From positions 112,872-176,871 of the forward strand of contig MGEI01000003.1 in NCBI GenBank assembly GCA_001791305.1: 64,000 nucleotides of DNA, in the 5' to 3' direction. Both the position numbers and the translations under genes were made by a program. The stretch is from Candidatus Uhrbacteria bacterium RIFCSPLOWO2_01_FULL_47_17 (lineage in GTDB: Bacteria > Patescibacteriota > Patescibacteriia > UBA9934 > GWF2-40-263). Below are positions 43,878 to 53,618 of the stretch, piece by piece. Positions within the stretch are counted from its first letter, which is position 1. Each line of letters starts with the position of its first letter. The notes under the pieces are model-generated. The model was not told the DNA's origin. It ran no database searches and was given only the letters and a program-made list of their open reading frames with translations.

Positions 43878-45326
43878 ATGTCACAGAATCTTGCAAAAAA
43901 TACGGCGTTTATGACCATGGCTTCGGTTGGACAAAAGCTTGTTGCGTTTGTCTATTTTTTGTTTCTGGCGCGGGTCATGATGCCAGAAAAGACGGGAATT
44001 TTTTTTCTGGCAACTTCCATCATTACCATGTTTTCTGTCTTTACCGATTTGGGACTGACATCCATTGCGATTCGAGAAATCTCGAAGTGTCCTGAGGTAC
44101 GCGAGCATGTTGTTCGTCGAGCAATTGCCCTGAAGCTTATCCTGACATTTTTAACTGTCGTTGTCGTCTTTTTTGCGACGCCATTTTTTCAATACAGTTC
44201 GGAAATCACGTACCTTATTTTACTCACAAGCATTGTCATGATCGCCGATTCGCTGGCACTTCTTTGTTATGGGATTTTACGCGCCTCTCAAAATCTTCGT
44301 TATGAGGCATTGGGAATGTTTGTCAGTCAGTTGATTACGGTGCTTGTGGGTGGAATTTCGCTCATCATTCAGCCTGATGTTCGTTTTTTGATTCTCGCGC
44401 TTATTTTCGGAAGTGTCTCAACGCTTGTTATTTCTGCGTGGCAAGTTGTTTCTTTATACGGATGGCGATTACTGCTTCCATCTTGGGATAAAGAAGCTCA
44501 GTGGAGCATGATAAAAATCATGATTCCGTTTGCTCTTGCTGGTATTTTCACCAAAATTTATAGCACCCTTGATGTTGTGTTGATTTCAAAACTCATGAGC
44601 ACAACAGCAGTTGGAATTTATTCTGTTGCATACAAGTTCACCTACGCGTTTCAATTTTTGCCGCTCGCATTCGCCGCAGCTCTTTATCCAAGCCTGAGTT
44701 CTACCATTGAACATAATAAACAAGCGACGGCGCAAACATTTTCTCGTGCGGTTTGGTATATTCTTCTTATGGCAACACCAATCGTTTTTGGTGTTTGGCT
44801 GCTTGCTCCAGAAATGATCCAATTAACAGGAGACGGATACACCGAATCTGCGGTTGTTCTGCGTTCACTTATTTTCGTTCTTTTTCCATCTTTTCTTGAA
44901 ATTCCATTTGGTGCAATTCTCAATGCTTCAGACAGACAATCTTCGCGCATGAAAATTATGGGGGTTGCCATGGTTGTAAATGTCTTTCTGGATCTGTTAT
45001 TGATTCCACCATTCGGTCTTCTTGGTGTGGTGATTGGTTCGCTCATCAGTTATTTCCTGATGATTATTCTTGAATATATTGTTGTTTCAAAGTTTCTTCC
45101 TCATGTTTTTGATCGTCCTTTTTTTCTTCGTTCATCAGGCACGCTCGCGAGCGGTCTTGTCATGCTTACAAGTGGACTTATTATGAAAATCTGGTTTCAT
45201 TGGTTGCTTGTGATTCCATGTGCTGCCTTGGTGTATATCACAGTTCTTCTTCTTACACGTTCTGTCACGAAACAAGATGTTTCTCTCATCCGATCTCTTT
45301 TTAAAAAATCCGCACCGCTTGTATGA
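43878..45326 (+). CDS. Polysaccharide/oligosaccharide flippase (Wzx-like, MOP/MATE superfamily)
   Basis: Start at MSQNLAKNTAF, giving 482 aa. About 12 TM helices with typical Wzx N-terminal conservation (KNTAFMTMASVGQKLVAFVYFLFLAR). Confidence 0.7.
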   Translation: MSQNLAKNTAFMTMASVGQKLVAFVYFLFLARVMMPEKTGIFFLATSIITMFSVFTDLGLTSIAIREISKCPEVREHVVRRAIALKLILTFLTVVVVFFATPFFQYSSEITYLILLTSIVMIADSLALLCYGILRASQNLRYEALGMFVSQLITVLVGGISLIIQPDVRFLILALIFGSVSTLVISAWQVVSLYGWRLLLPSWDKEAQWSMIKIMIPFALAGIFTKIYSTLDVVLISKLMSTTAVGIYSVAYKFTYAFQFLPLAFAAALYPSLSSTIEHNKQATAQTFSRAVWYILLMATPIVFGVWLLAPEMIQLTGDGYTESAVVLRSLIFVLFPSFLEIPFGAILNASDRQSSRMKIMGVAMVVNVFLDLLLIPPFGLLGVVIGSLISYFLMIILEYIVVSKFLPHVFDRPFFLRSSGTLASGLVMLTSGLIMKIWFHWLLVIPCAALVYITVLLLTRSVTKQDVSLIRSLFKKSAPLV

Positions 45327-46411
45327 GTGATCGTGATCTTCTCCTCATTACCCCAGATTTTCTTCCAAGCCGCGGTGGTGTCGCGCGCTATTTAGGGTTG
45401 TTCGCGGAATACTTCTCAAAACGTATTCGTGTTGTTGCGTCCCCACTCGAGAGTATGCCCGATATCGTTGTGCCTTATCTGCTCGAGCGCAAACCACTGC
45501 TTTCGAAACGCGTCTGGCCGCGATGGATGACTTCTGTAATGCTTCTTGTTCGAGAATCCAAAACGTATCGAGTTGTCATCATAAGTCATGTTATTCCGTT
45601 TGGAACGGCTGCAATGGTTGCGAAATGGTTTACAAAGAAACCCTATATTGTCATCACGCACGGGATGGATGTGCGGCTTGCGGTACGTTCAAAAAAGTCA
45701 CTGACAACGCGCGTGCTTTCAAACGCTTATCTTGTGATTGCAAATTCAAATGCCCTTGCGCAAGAATTACAACAAACGTTTGGACTGAAAAATATCCTCA
45801 CACTCTATCCGTCTGTTGATCCAGCATTCGTCTCGAATGCAACGAAAACAGCATCTGAGGTATTTACCTTGTTGAGTGTGAGTCGACTTGTTGATCGCAA
45901 AGGGCACGAACGCGTTTTGCAAGCGCTTGCGCTCTTGAAATTAAACGGATCCCTTTTGCAATTTCGTTATGTGATTGTTGGCGATGGTCCTATGCGTAGT
46001 GCCCTCGAGACACTCGCAATCGAACTTGAACTTGGTTCGAACGTTGAATTCAAGGGTGATGTTTCAGATACAGAACTTCAAACTACATACAGTACTGCGG
46101 ATGTGTTTGTGTTACCCGTAAAGAATGATCCGATCGATAAAGAAGGATTTGGGATGGTGTATCTCGAAGCGGCGGCGTATGGAGTTCCGTCTATTGCGAC
46201 GCGCATGAGTGGAGTTGATGAAGCGGTGCTTGATAAACAAACGGGCCTTCTTGTTGAAGATGGAAATATTGAAGCGCTCGCCGGTTCGATCCTATCACTT
46301 GCCAATGATCAAGTGCTTCGAGAACAGTTTGGATCCGCTGCTCGAGCACGTGTGGTAACAGAATTCACACCTGCCGCTCAATTTTCAAAGCTTGAGCCGT
46401 ATCTCGTATGA
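45323..46411 (+). CDS. Family 4 glycosyltransferase (GT-B)
   Basis: 362 aa. EGFGMVYLEAAAYGVPSIAT E-x7-E motif region. Confidence 0.75.
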   Translation: MSDRDLLLITPDFLPSRGGVARYLGLFAEYFSKRIRVVASPLESMPDIVVPYLLERKPLLSKRVWPRWMTSVMLLVRESKTYRVVIISHVIPFGTAAMVAKWFTKKPYIVITHGMDVRLAVRSKKSLTTRVLSNAYLVIANSNALAQELQQTFGLKNILTLYPSVDPAFVSNATKTASEVFTLLSVSRLVDRKGHERVLQALALLKLNGSLLQFRYVIVGDGPMRSALETLAIELELGSNVEFKGDVSDTELQTTYSTADVFVLPVKNDPIDKEGFGMVYLEAAAYGVPSIATRMSGVDEAVLDKQTGLLVEDGNIEALAGSILSLANDQVLREQFGSAARARVVTEFTPAAQFSKLEPYLV

Positions 46412-47118
46412 ACCAAACGATTTCACTCATCATTCCAACGTACCAACACGCATCAACTCTTGTTCGATGTCTGGATTCGATTTTTGCACAGACTCGGAAG
46501 CCTGATGAAGTCATTGTGGTCGATGACGGATCGACGGATAACACACAGGAAGTTTTAAAATCGTACCGTGATCGTGTTCAGGTTGTTGTTCAGGCGAATC
46601 AAGGGGCACCAAGAGCCCGCAATCATGGATTTGAGAAATCAATAGGTTCTCTTGTCATGTTCTGTGATGCGGATGTAGAGATGAGACCTGAGATGCTCGC
46701 CGAGCTTGAACGCGCGCTAGAAACGCATTCTGATGCGTCCTATGCGTACTCTGGATTCGAGTGGGGGTGGAAAGCGTTCACATCGTTTCCGTTTGACGCA
46801 GTTCGACTGAAACAGATGAACTTCATTCACACCTCGACCCTGATCCGGCGCGAAAAGTTTCCGATGTTTGATACGTCGTTAAAACGTTTTCAGGACTGGG
46901 ATCTCTGGCTCACAATGCTCGAACATGGATCAAAGGGAACATTCGTCGATAAAAATCTTTTTCTCGTGATTCAAGAAGATCGCCCGGAGCGTATGTCTAA
47001 TTGGTTGCCATCGCTCATCATTCGGTTTCCATGGAAGCATATCGGCTGGATGCCAAAGCGTGTACGGAAGTATCAGGAGGCAAAAAAGATTATTCTCGAG
47101 AAACACCACATTGTATGA
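46408..47118 (+). CDS. Family 2 glycosyltransferase
   Basis: 236 aa. SLIIPTYQ...VVDDGSTD...DADVE GT-A motifs. Confidence 0.75.
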   Translation: MNQTISLIIPTYQHASTLVRCLDSIFAQTRKPDEVIVVDDGSTDNTQEVLKSYRDRVQVVVQANQGAPRARNHGFEKSIGSLVMFCDADVEMRPEMLAELERALETHSDASYAYSGFEWGWKAFTSFPFDAVRLKQMNFIHTSTLIRREKFPMFDTSLKRFQDWDLWLTMLEHGSKGTFVDKNLFLVIQEDRPERMSNWLPSLIIRFPWKHIGWMPKRVRKYQEAKKIILEKHHIV

Positions 47119-47960
47119 TCAGTACGATCACGGTCAATTATAAAACCGCCGATTATCTCGAGACACTCCTCGACTCGTTGTTTGCGTTTCATCCAGTCGG
47201 AAGTGTTGAAGTGATTGTGGTTGAGAATGGATCTGGGGATGATCTGTCGAGATTGCAAGCGAAGTTTCCGCAAGTTAAATTCATTTACAGCGAAAAAAAT
47301 TTAGGATTTGCGGGTGGCTGCAACCTCGGTGCACAGACGGCAACAGGGGATTTCTTGTTGCTGTTGAATCCGGATGTTATTTTTGTCGATGATGCGCTGA
47401 CTCAGATCAAAAAAGCCATGCGAGAGAATCCAGACGTTGGCGTCGGTGGAATTTCACTTAAAAACCTAGATGGCACACAACAAGCATGTGTGTGGCGATT
47501 TCCAACCCCACTCGATCAACTGTTGCTCCTCGCAAAAGTTCCGCATCTCATTCCATCGATCAAGCCCGTGGCGAAATGGCGCATGGCCGACTTCGATTAC
47601 ATGAAGTCGCAAGATGTCGACCAAGTGATGGGCGCGTTCTTTTGTATTCGTCGTGATGTATTTGAGAAGTTGGCGGGTCTTGATGACGGATTTTTTCTTT
47701 GGTATGAAGAAGTGGATTTTGCAAAACGCACAAAGGATGCGGGATATCGTGTGCGTTACTTCTCGAACATTCAGGCGAAACACAAGAAGGGAAGCAGCTT
47801 TGAGCGCATCACAACCTATCGAAAACAAGAAATGGTTCGCCGCAGCCTTCGTCGCTATATGCGCAAACATTATGGATTCGGTGTCTGGTTGTTGTTTACG
47901 ATCCTCAATCCTGTCTTTGTAGTCCTCGGCTACGCAGCTGCAATCATCAAACCCTTATGA
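47115..47960 (+). CDS. Family 2 glycosyltransferase
   Basis: Start at MISTITVNYKT, overlapping the upstream stop (ATGA), giving 281 aa. VVENGSGD...NPDV GT-A motifs. Confidence 0.7.
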   Translation: MISTITVNYKTADYLETLLDSLFAFHPVGSVEVIVVENGSGDDLSRLQAKFPQVKFIYSEKNLGFAGGCNLGAQTATGDFLLLLNPDVIFVDDALTQIKKAMRENPDVGVGGISLKNLDGTQQACVWRFPTPLDQLLLLAKVPHLIPSIKPVAKWRMADFDYMKSQDVDQVMGAFFCIRRDVFEKLAGLDDGFFLWYEEVDFAKRTKDAGYRVRYFSNIQAKHKKGSSFERITTYRKQEMVRRSLRRYMRKHYGFGVWLLFTILNPVFVVLGYAAAIIKPL

Positions 47961-49519
47961 TTCAAGAATTCCTCGGAAAACCATTTCGATATGCTCTCCT
48001 CGGATTCGTGGGAATTTTTGTGCTGTCCATGGTCGGATATTTCTCGCATACGAGTCTGTTTATTCTCGGCCTCCTCGGTCTCGCAACAGCATTCGTGACA
48101 TTTCGACGACTCGAGTACGGACTCGCTATTGCGTTTCTTGAGCTCCTCTCAAACGCGCATGGGTTCATTTTGTACGACTCGATCGGAGGAATGCGAATCT
48201 CTGCGCGCATGGTGATATTCATCGGTGTGTTTTTCGGATGGGGAATTGCCCTGCTGCTTCGACGCGCATCGCTTCGGTTACGAGATACTCGTTACGCACC
48301 GTTCGTTCTCCTCGCTCTTGCGATCTTGATAGGGGGAATCATAGGACTTACGCGTCGATCGCTCACAGAAGTCTTCCAAGATGGAAATGCCTATTTGTAT
48401 TTGTTATACCTCATTCCGATTCTGAATGTCTCATGGGACAGCTTAAAACAACGTGTCGCCCTTCAAATGCTCGCAGCGGCAACTATTTTTACGACCGCCA
48501 TTTCACTTTTCATTCTCTACGCATTCACGCATCTTTCCCAATCCTTTCTGCGAGTTATCTATGTCTATCTGCGTGATATCCGTTTTGCTGAAATGACACA
48601 TATTGGCATGGGGATGTATCGGATCTTTGAACAAACGCAGGTGTTTGCAATCGTATTTGGATTGATTCTGCTTGAGCGACAGTTTCGAATACAAAACAAA
48701 CAGGACCGCTGGCTCAGTATTGGACTTTTATCTTGTGTGTTCATTTCGATTTTCATCGGCATGTCACGCAGTTTTCTTTTTGGATTATTGCCAGCTCTCT
48801 TGATTCTTGTCGCGTGGCTTTTCATTGGACTCAAGGTATCTCTTCGAAATTGGCTTCACGGTATTGGATTGATGATCGCCTCTATGGCGATAGCTGCCGG
48901 ACTTATTTACGCAACTGTTATTTTTCCATTTCCACATACGCGTGCAGCCGGAGAATATCTGACAGGTGTGTTTGGCGAACGCGCGAGTGGAACAGATGTT
49001 GCTGTTTCGAGTCGTTGGAACTTACTCTACCCAATGCTCGATCTCATTAAGTCTGATCCAATTCTCGGCAATGGATTCGGCCAAACGGTGACGTTCATCA
49101 CGGACGATCCTCGTATCCGCGCAATTCTTCCGGACGGCTCATGGACAACAACTTCCATGGAATGGGGTTGGCTTGAGCTTTGGCTTAAGATGGGGATTCT
49201 CGCACCGCTTGGATTCCTTGCAATTTTTGCATATGTTACATACGCCTCTTCGAGAATGTTTCGATCAGACAAGGCATGGATTGGGGTGTGGATTCTTTCG
49301 TTCATGACATTTTTGTATTTCACGCATTTCTTTTCACCTTATTTGAATCACCCAATCGGAATCGGCCTAGTTTTGCTTGCTGTCATTTTTCTGCCGAACG
49401 TGACATTGTCCGGGTTACGCATTCGCTTATTTGCCAAACAAAAAATGCCGAGAGTGGGGCTCGCGACACCTTTGGTGACTTCGAAGAAAGAGCGAATGAG
49501 TGATGGGGTGGTAGAGTGA
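47957..49519 (+). CDS. O-antigen ligase/polymerase-like (Wzy_C family) polytopic membrane protein
   Basis: 520 aa with about 12 TM helices and a periplasmic loop. Family assignment rests on topology and operon context only. Confidence 0.55.
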   Translation: MIQEFLGKPFRYALLGFVGIFVLSMVGYFSHTSLFILGLLGLATAFVTFRRLEYGLAIAFLELLSNAHGFILYDSIGGMRISARMVIFIGVFFGWGIALLLRRASLRLRDTRYAPFVLLALAILIGGIIGLTRRSLTEVFQDGNAYLYLLYLIPILNVSWDSLKQRVALQMLAAATIFTTAISLFILYAFTHLSQSFLRVIYVYLRDIRFAEMTHIGMGMYRIFEQTQVFAIVFGLILLERQFRIQNKQDRWLSIGLLSCVFISIFIGMSRSFLFGLLPALLILVAWLFIGLKVSLRNWLHGIGLMIASMAIAAGLIYATVIFPFPHTRAAGEYLTGVFGERASGTDVAVSSRWNLLYPMLDLIKSDPILGNGFGQTVTFITDDPRIRAILPDGSWTTTSMEWGWLELWLKMGILAPLGFLAIFAYVTYASSRMFRSDKAWIGVWILSFMTFLYFTHFFSPYLNHPIGIGLVLLAVIFLPNVTLSGLRIRLFAKQKMPRVGLATPLVTSKKERMSDGVVE

Positions 49520-49532
49520 AGGAAGAAAAAAA

Positions 49533-50492
49533 TTATTCATTTCGTAAAAAATTTGTTTCCAGGAAAGTTTTATGTCCTCGCACATATTCGTTCGGGGACA
49601 TTTTTTGTTTACCTTCAGGTTGAATGGTTATGAGTTCAAGAAGGGAATGATCAACGCAGACAACGGAGATGTGTCCGTTTTCCTCGAGAACACTACCGGG
49701 TGCACGATCGGACATTCCGTCGAGATGCTGTACTTCGTGCACAACGATGCGAACATTGTTTCCATCCTCGCCCCAAACAAAATACGTTCCGGGCCAAGGC
49801 TTCATGGCGCGCACGTGTCTGTCAATTTCGACAGCAGACTTCGACCAGTCGATCTTGCCATCTTCTTTTGCGAGCATCTTCGAATAGGTTGCGAGCGCGT
49901 TATCTTGCGGAATAGCGACGCGTTCTTCGGTTGTCCACTTACGCAGTGCCTCGAGAAACAGAGGAACGCCGATGGCAATGATTTTCGGCTGAATCGTTTC
50001 GCCGGTCTCTCGTTCATCGATCGGAAACTCTCGCACTGCAAGAACGGGGCCCGTGTCCATTCCTTCGTCGAGAAGCATAATTGAGACGCCCGTTACTTTT
50101 TCGCCCATACGAATCGCTTCTTGAAATGGCGATGGTCCGCGGTACTTTGGCAATAACGATGGATGAACATTGATACAGCCAAACTTTGGAAGATCAAGAA
50201 CGGCTTTCGGAATAATTTTTCCGTATACGACAACAACGAATACATCCGCGTTCAGTTTTGAGAGTTCTGCCGCAACTTCCTCGGTCCGTAATGATTTGTA
50301 TGTGAGTGCGGGGATATTGTGTTTAAGAGCGAACTCGTGCACAGCCGACTTTGTCATGATTGCTTTTCGACCTACAGGTTTTTCGGGTTGTGTGACAACC
50401 GCCACAACATCAAAATCCGTGCTCTGTACGAGCGCGGATAAAAAGGGAACGGAGAGTTCCGGGCTGCCAAAATAGACAACGCGAGTCTTCAT
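49533..50492 (-). CDS. fmt: Methionyl-tRNA formyltransferase
   Basis: 319 aa. Formyl-transferase N-terminal domain (INVHPSLLPKYRGPSP) and C-terminal domain. def-fmt arrangement. Confidence 0.9.
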   Translation of the reverse strand: MKTRVVYFGSPELSVPFLSALVQSTDFDVVAVVTQPEKPVGRKAIMTKSAVHEFALKHNIPALTYKSLRTEEVAAELSKLNADVFVVVVYGKIIPKAVLDLPKFGCINVHPSLLPKYRGPSPFQEAIRMGEKVTGVSIMLLDEGMDTGPVLAVREFPIDERETGETIQPKIIAIGVPLFLEALRKWTTEERVAIPQDNALATYSKMLAKEDGKIDWSKSAVEIDRHVRAMKPWPGTYFVWGEDGNNVRIVVHEVQHLDGMSDRAPGSVLEENGHISVVCVDHSLLELITIQPEGKQKMSPNEYVRGHKTFLETNFLRNE

Positions 50493-50965
50493 AGCTTTGG
50501 ATGCGTGGTGTATCGAAGCACCTTATCGATAAACAAAATACCGTCCAAGTGATCAATTTCATGTTGAAAGACAATCGCCATCAGACCTTCTGCGCGGAAT
50601 GTTTCGTTCAAACCTTTTATGTTTTGTGCTGTAACGGTTACGGATCGGTGGCGCTTTACGATCCCGAAGACACCAGGAACGGAAAGGCATCCTTCTTCGC
50701 TTTCGATTTTTGTAAAAGATTTGGATGTAATTTTTGGATTGAAAAAGGCTTGCGGTTTGTTATTTCCCACATCCACAATGATCATGCGTTTGTGTACACC
50801 AATTTGGGGCGCGGCAATGCCGATCCCGTTTTCCACGCGCATGGTTTCAATAAGGTCGCGTGTGAGAGCTGCTGTTTCTTTCGTTCCGAACTCTTCTTTT
50901 GGAAAATCAGAAGAGATCACACGAAGATCAGCGTTTGGAGAAGTAAGAACCGTTTTAGATGTCAT
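50489..50965 (-). CDS. def: Peptide deformylase
   Basis: 158 aa. Motifs GIGIAAPQIG, EGCLS, HEIDHLDG. Confidence 0.9.
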   Translation of the reverse strand: MTSKTVLTSPNADLRVISSDFPKEEFGTKETAALTRDLIETMRVENGIGIAAPQIGVHKRMIIVDVGNNKPQAFFNPKITSKSFTKIESEEGCLSVPGVFGIVKRHRSVTVTAQNIKGLNETFRAEGLMAIVFQHEIDHLDGILFIDKVLRYTTHPKL

Positions 50966-50977
50966 AGGAAAAGAATT

Positions 50978-52822
50978 TTAGCCCGTATTTGCTTGCGTGT
51001 CAATGATAACACGATCCGGAATGGTTCGGAATAATGCGAGGAGTTTTGGGCGATCTTCTGGCGGATAACGGAGTTCGAGTGTGTATTCTGAGTCAGCGGA
51101 CGACCTGCCTTTTTTGATACGTACTATGCTCGACACAGCACGAATTTGTTGAACAAGTTGGTTCTGCAGGATGTCTGCCTTGCGTGGTTCTGTCTCTTCG
51201 AACGTGAGTGTTGAGATTTCACAGAATGGTGGCTGAATGTACGACCGGCGTGCCTCGCGTTCCATGGCGAGGGATGCAATTGGATTTTCGAAGTACTCGG
51301 CGAAGAATGGAACGGAGCGAGTTTGTAAGAAGAATTGCGCGCGATTTGCAAATGCAAGCGCACGCCAGCCTTCGCATTCGTACAGTGCCGCCTCGCTTGC
51401 GCGGTATGTTGGGCGAAAGAGCGGCGCGTCTGCGTCGAGAAGAACAACAAGGGCGAATCGATCCGGAGTGAATGCGTTTGCCATTTGTTCAAGGTAGTAG
51501 GACGTGGCGATCACGAGCGATGCGTTCCGGTTCATGATCGGATGTTCTTTGTCAATGAGGCATGTCGAGACGGTCGGAAATTCTTTCTGGAGCAGAGCAT
51601 CAATCTTTTGATTACCGAATCCAGATTCTTTGAGTGTTGCTTCATGACACTTCGGACACGATCGAATAATCGGAATGGATGATTTGCATCGGACGCAACG
51701 CATCAACAGGTCATCAAGAATCATTCCGTTGCTACACGTTTCACAGACGACATCCGAAGCGCACGATGTGCAACTGAGTCGTCGAGCATGATGTTTTTTG
51801 TTGAGAACGACAAGAACACGCTCACCGCGTTCAAGACATTCCTGTGTTGCCTGATAGGTTTCATGCGAAATCCAATGCCCGATCGCGGATGCACGACTTT
51901 GGTGCTCCATATCGATGATGCACGGCTCGAGATTCGGCGGCGTGCCGATGATATTTGTCTTCGAGAATACAAGTGTGTCTTCGATGCGCGGCATGACATC
52001 GAGAAAGAACAGATTCGTGTGATGATGCTCGGCAAGCATGTGCGCAACTGTTCGTCCATCAAATCGAGGATTTTGTTCGTGATGTCCATGGTTCTCGTGA
52101 CTCGAACGCACCACAAAAATCGTTGTTGTCTTCGAGTCTGTTGCAAACAAAACATTTTTTGTGCCAATCATGACACATGCGTCTGCATTTCTATGCGCAT
52201 TCCAAACAGCAAACTGTGTTCCTGTGTTTTCTTCGCCCGTGAGAAGAAAGCGGGTCTCGAGCGGTAAGTGCGCGTAAAGTCTTTGTGCATCGAGGATCGT
52301 CGGGCAAAGCACAACGCACTTCTGTTCCGGTTTCAATCGGAGATATCCTGCGATTACGCACGCCATGCGTCGAATGTCCGAAACATGCGCAAACGCACGA
52401 CTGCGTTCGGTTAATTGTTGCGCGGTCGATTGCAGGCCGTCGAGTTCTGACGGCGTGATCGTGAGGGGTTCGTTTGGTGCGATGGGTGCTGTTTTTGTTG
52501 CGATGCGTTTCGGAAATTCGGGTAAGCAACTATTCAAGATAGACGGAACAGATTGAGCGAGCTCACTCGCGAGATGCTCGAAGAACGATAGTTCCGTATC
52601 TGAAAACGTGATACGAGAATCAAGCTTCGTAATAGCTTTCAATCGGAACGCGCGATCTTGTACGTTCTTTATGCGCGAGATGACACCAAAAACGGATGTA
52701 GCGCGAAAGGGAATCACAACAACATCACCTCGCTTAAGGTGATGAAGTTCTTCGGGCACCGCATAGTCAAAGACGGTGACATGTCGAGGCATGCGCATGA
52801 TTGGATACACTTCCGCAATCAT
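50978..52822 (-). CDS. priA: Primosomal protein N' (PriA) homolog with apparently degenerate helicase Walker A and DExH motifs
   Basis: 614 aa. N-terminal 3'-DNA-binding/WH region and CxxC zinc-binding insert (CTSCASDVVCETC...CVRCKS...CPKCH) are conserved. Motif Ia-like VVLCPTILDAQ is present. The expected GxxGSGKT position reads VSDIRRMA and the expected DEEH position reads RSSHEN. Confidence 0.8.
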   Translation of the reverse strand: MIAEVYPIMRMPRHVTVFDYAVPEELHHLKRGDVVVIPFRATSVFGVISRIKNVQDRAFRLKAITKLDSRITFSDTELSFFEHLASELAQSVPSILNSCLPEFPKRIATKTAPIAPNEPLTITPSELDGLQSTAQQLTERSRAFAHVSDIRRMACVIAGYLRLKPEQKCVVLCPTILDAQRLYAHLPLETRFLLTGEENTGTQFAVWNAHRNADACVMIGTKNVLFATDSKTTTIFVVRSSHENHGHHEQNPRFDGRTVAHMLAEHHHTNLFFLDVMPRIEDTLVFSKTNIIGTPPNLEPCIIDMEHQSRASAIGHWISHETYQATQECLERGERVLVVLNKKHHARRLSCTSCASDVVCETCSNGMILDDLLMRCVRCKSSIPIIRSCPKCHEATLKESGFGNQKIDALLQKEFPTVSTCLIDKEHPIMNRNASLVIATSYYLEQMANAFTPDRFALVVLLDADAPLFRPTYRASEAALYECEGWRALAFANRAQFFLQTRSVPFFAEYFENPIASLAMEREARRSYIQPPFCEISTLTFEETEPRKADILQNQLVQQIRAVSSIVRIKKGRSSADSEYTLELRYPPEDRPKLLALFRTIPDRVIIDTQANTG

Positions 52823-52823
52823 A

Positions 52824-53618
52824 TTAATTCAAATGGAATTGTGCCACGAGTTGTCCGACGCCAAATGGGTGTTCATACGAGAGAATTTCAGGACGCACGG
52901 GCATTTTTTCAAGCATGCCAAACAGAATCAAGAGAGGTCGGTGTGCGCACTCTTGTGAATTCTCGAGCGCGTCATCGTCCATGGAAAGAAGTTGCGAGAG
53001 AGACATGTTCTCAATGGACTTCACCATCGCGATATCGACTTCCTCGCCAGATGGGTGAAAACCAGCGGGAGCATTTGAGGTGAGTGTGTGCGAGAGATCC
53101 CCAGAGGCGATGATAGCAATACGTTTTGAACTTTTCACACAAATATCTTTTAAGATCCGTCCAAACTCAACGTGGGCTTTTGAGGATAAAAAACTGTAGG
53201 CAATTGGAACAATCGTGTGTGTGATTGGTAACGCTTTTGTAAGTAACGTGAGTGGAATTCCAACACCGTAATCAAGGCTCGCGTCTGAGTCGAGGGTGAA
53301 TGGCAGCGTTTCAGAACGCATGCGTCGTTGAATGTTCGTCATGAGTTCAATGTCCGGAAGGAATTCATCATGCGTTCCGTGATCGCCGAATTCTGAAACA
53401 TCGATAAAGTACTCATCATGCATGTTGAGAGAAAAGGCATCCTTGTGCGCACCGCGATGTGTTGAGATCGTTAAAATAACATCAGGGCGTGATGCATAGA
53501 GTTCTTCTGAAAGTCTTTGCATCGCATCAAGTGTTGCTTGCAAGGCTTTCGTATTCTCTTTGCCGATGGATTCAAGCAACAAAGGAGAATGTGGAGTAAA
53601 CGCAGCGAAAGTGATCAT
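52824..53618 (-). CDS. Class III extradiol dioxygenase-like protein (LigB/MEMO1/AmmeMemoRadiSam-B family)
   Basis: 264 aa with metal-ligand His pattern (HSP, HRG, H...). The family call comes from overall motif arrangement only. Confidence 0.55.
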   Translation of the reverse strand: MITFAAFTPHSPLLLESIGKENTKALQATLDAMQRLSEELYASRPDVILTISTHRGAHKDAFSLNMHDEYFIDVSEFGDHGTHDEFLPDIELMTNIQRRMRSETLPFTLDSDASLDYGVGIPLTLLTKALPITHTIVPIAYSFLSSKAHVEFGRILKDICVKSSKRIAIIASGDLSHTLTSNAPAGFHPSGEEVDIAMVKSIENMSLSQLLSMDDDALENSQECAHRPLLILFGMLEKMPVRPEILSYEHPFGVGQLVAQFHLN

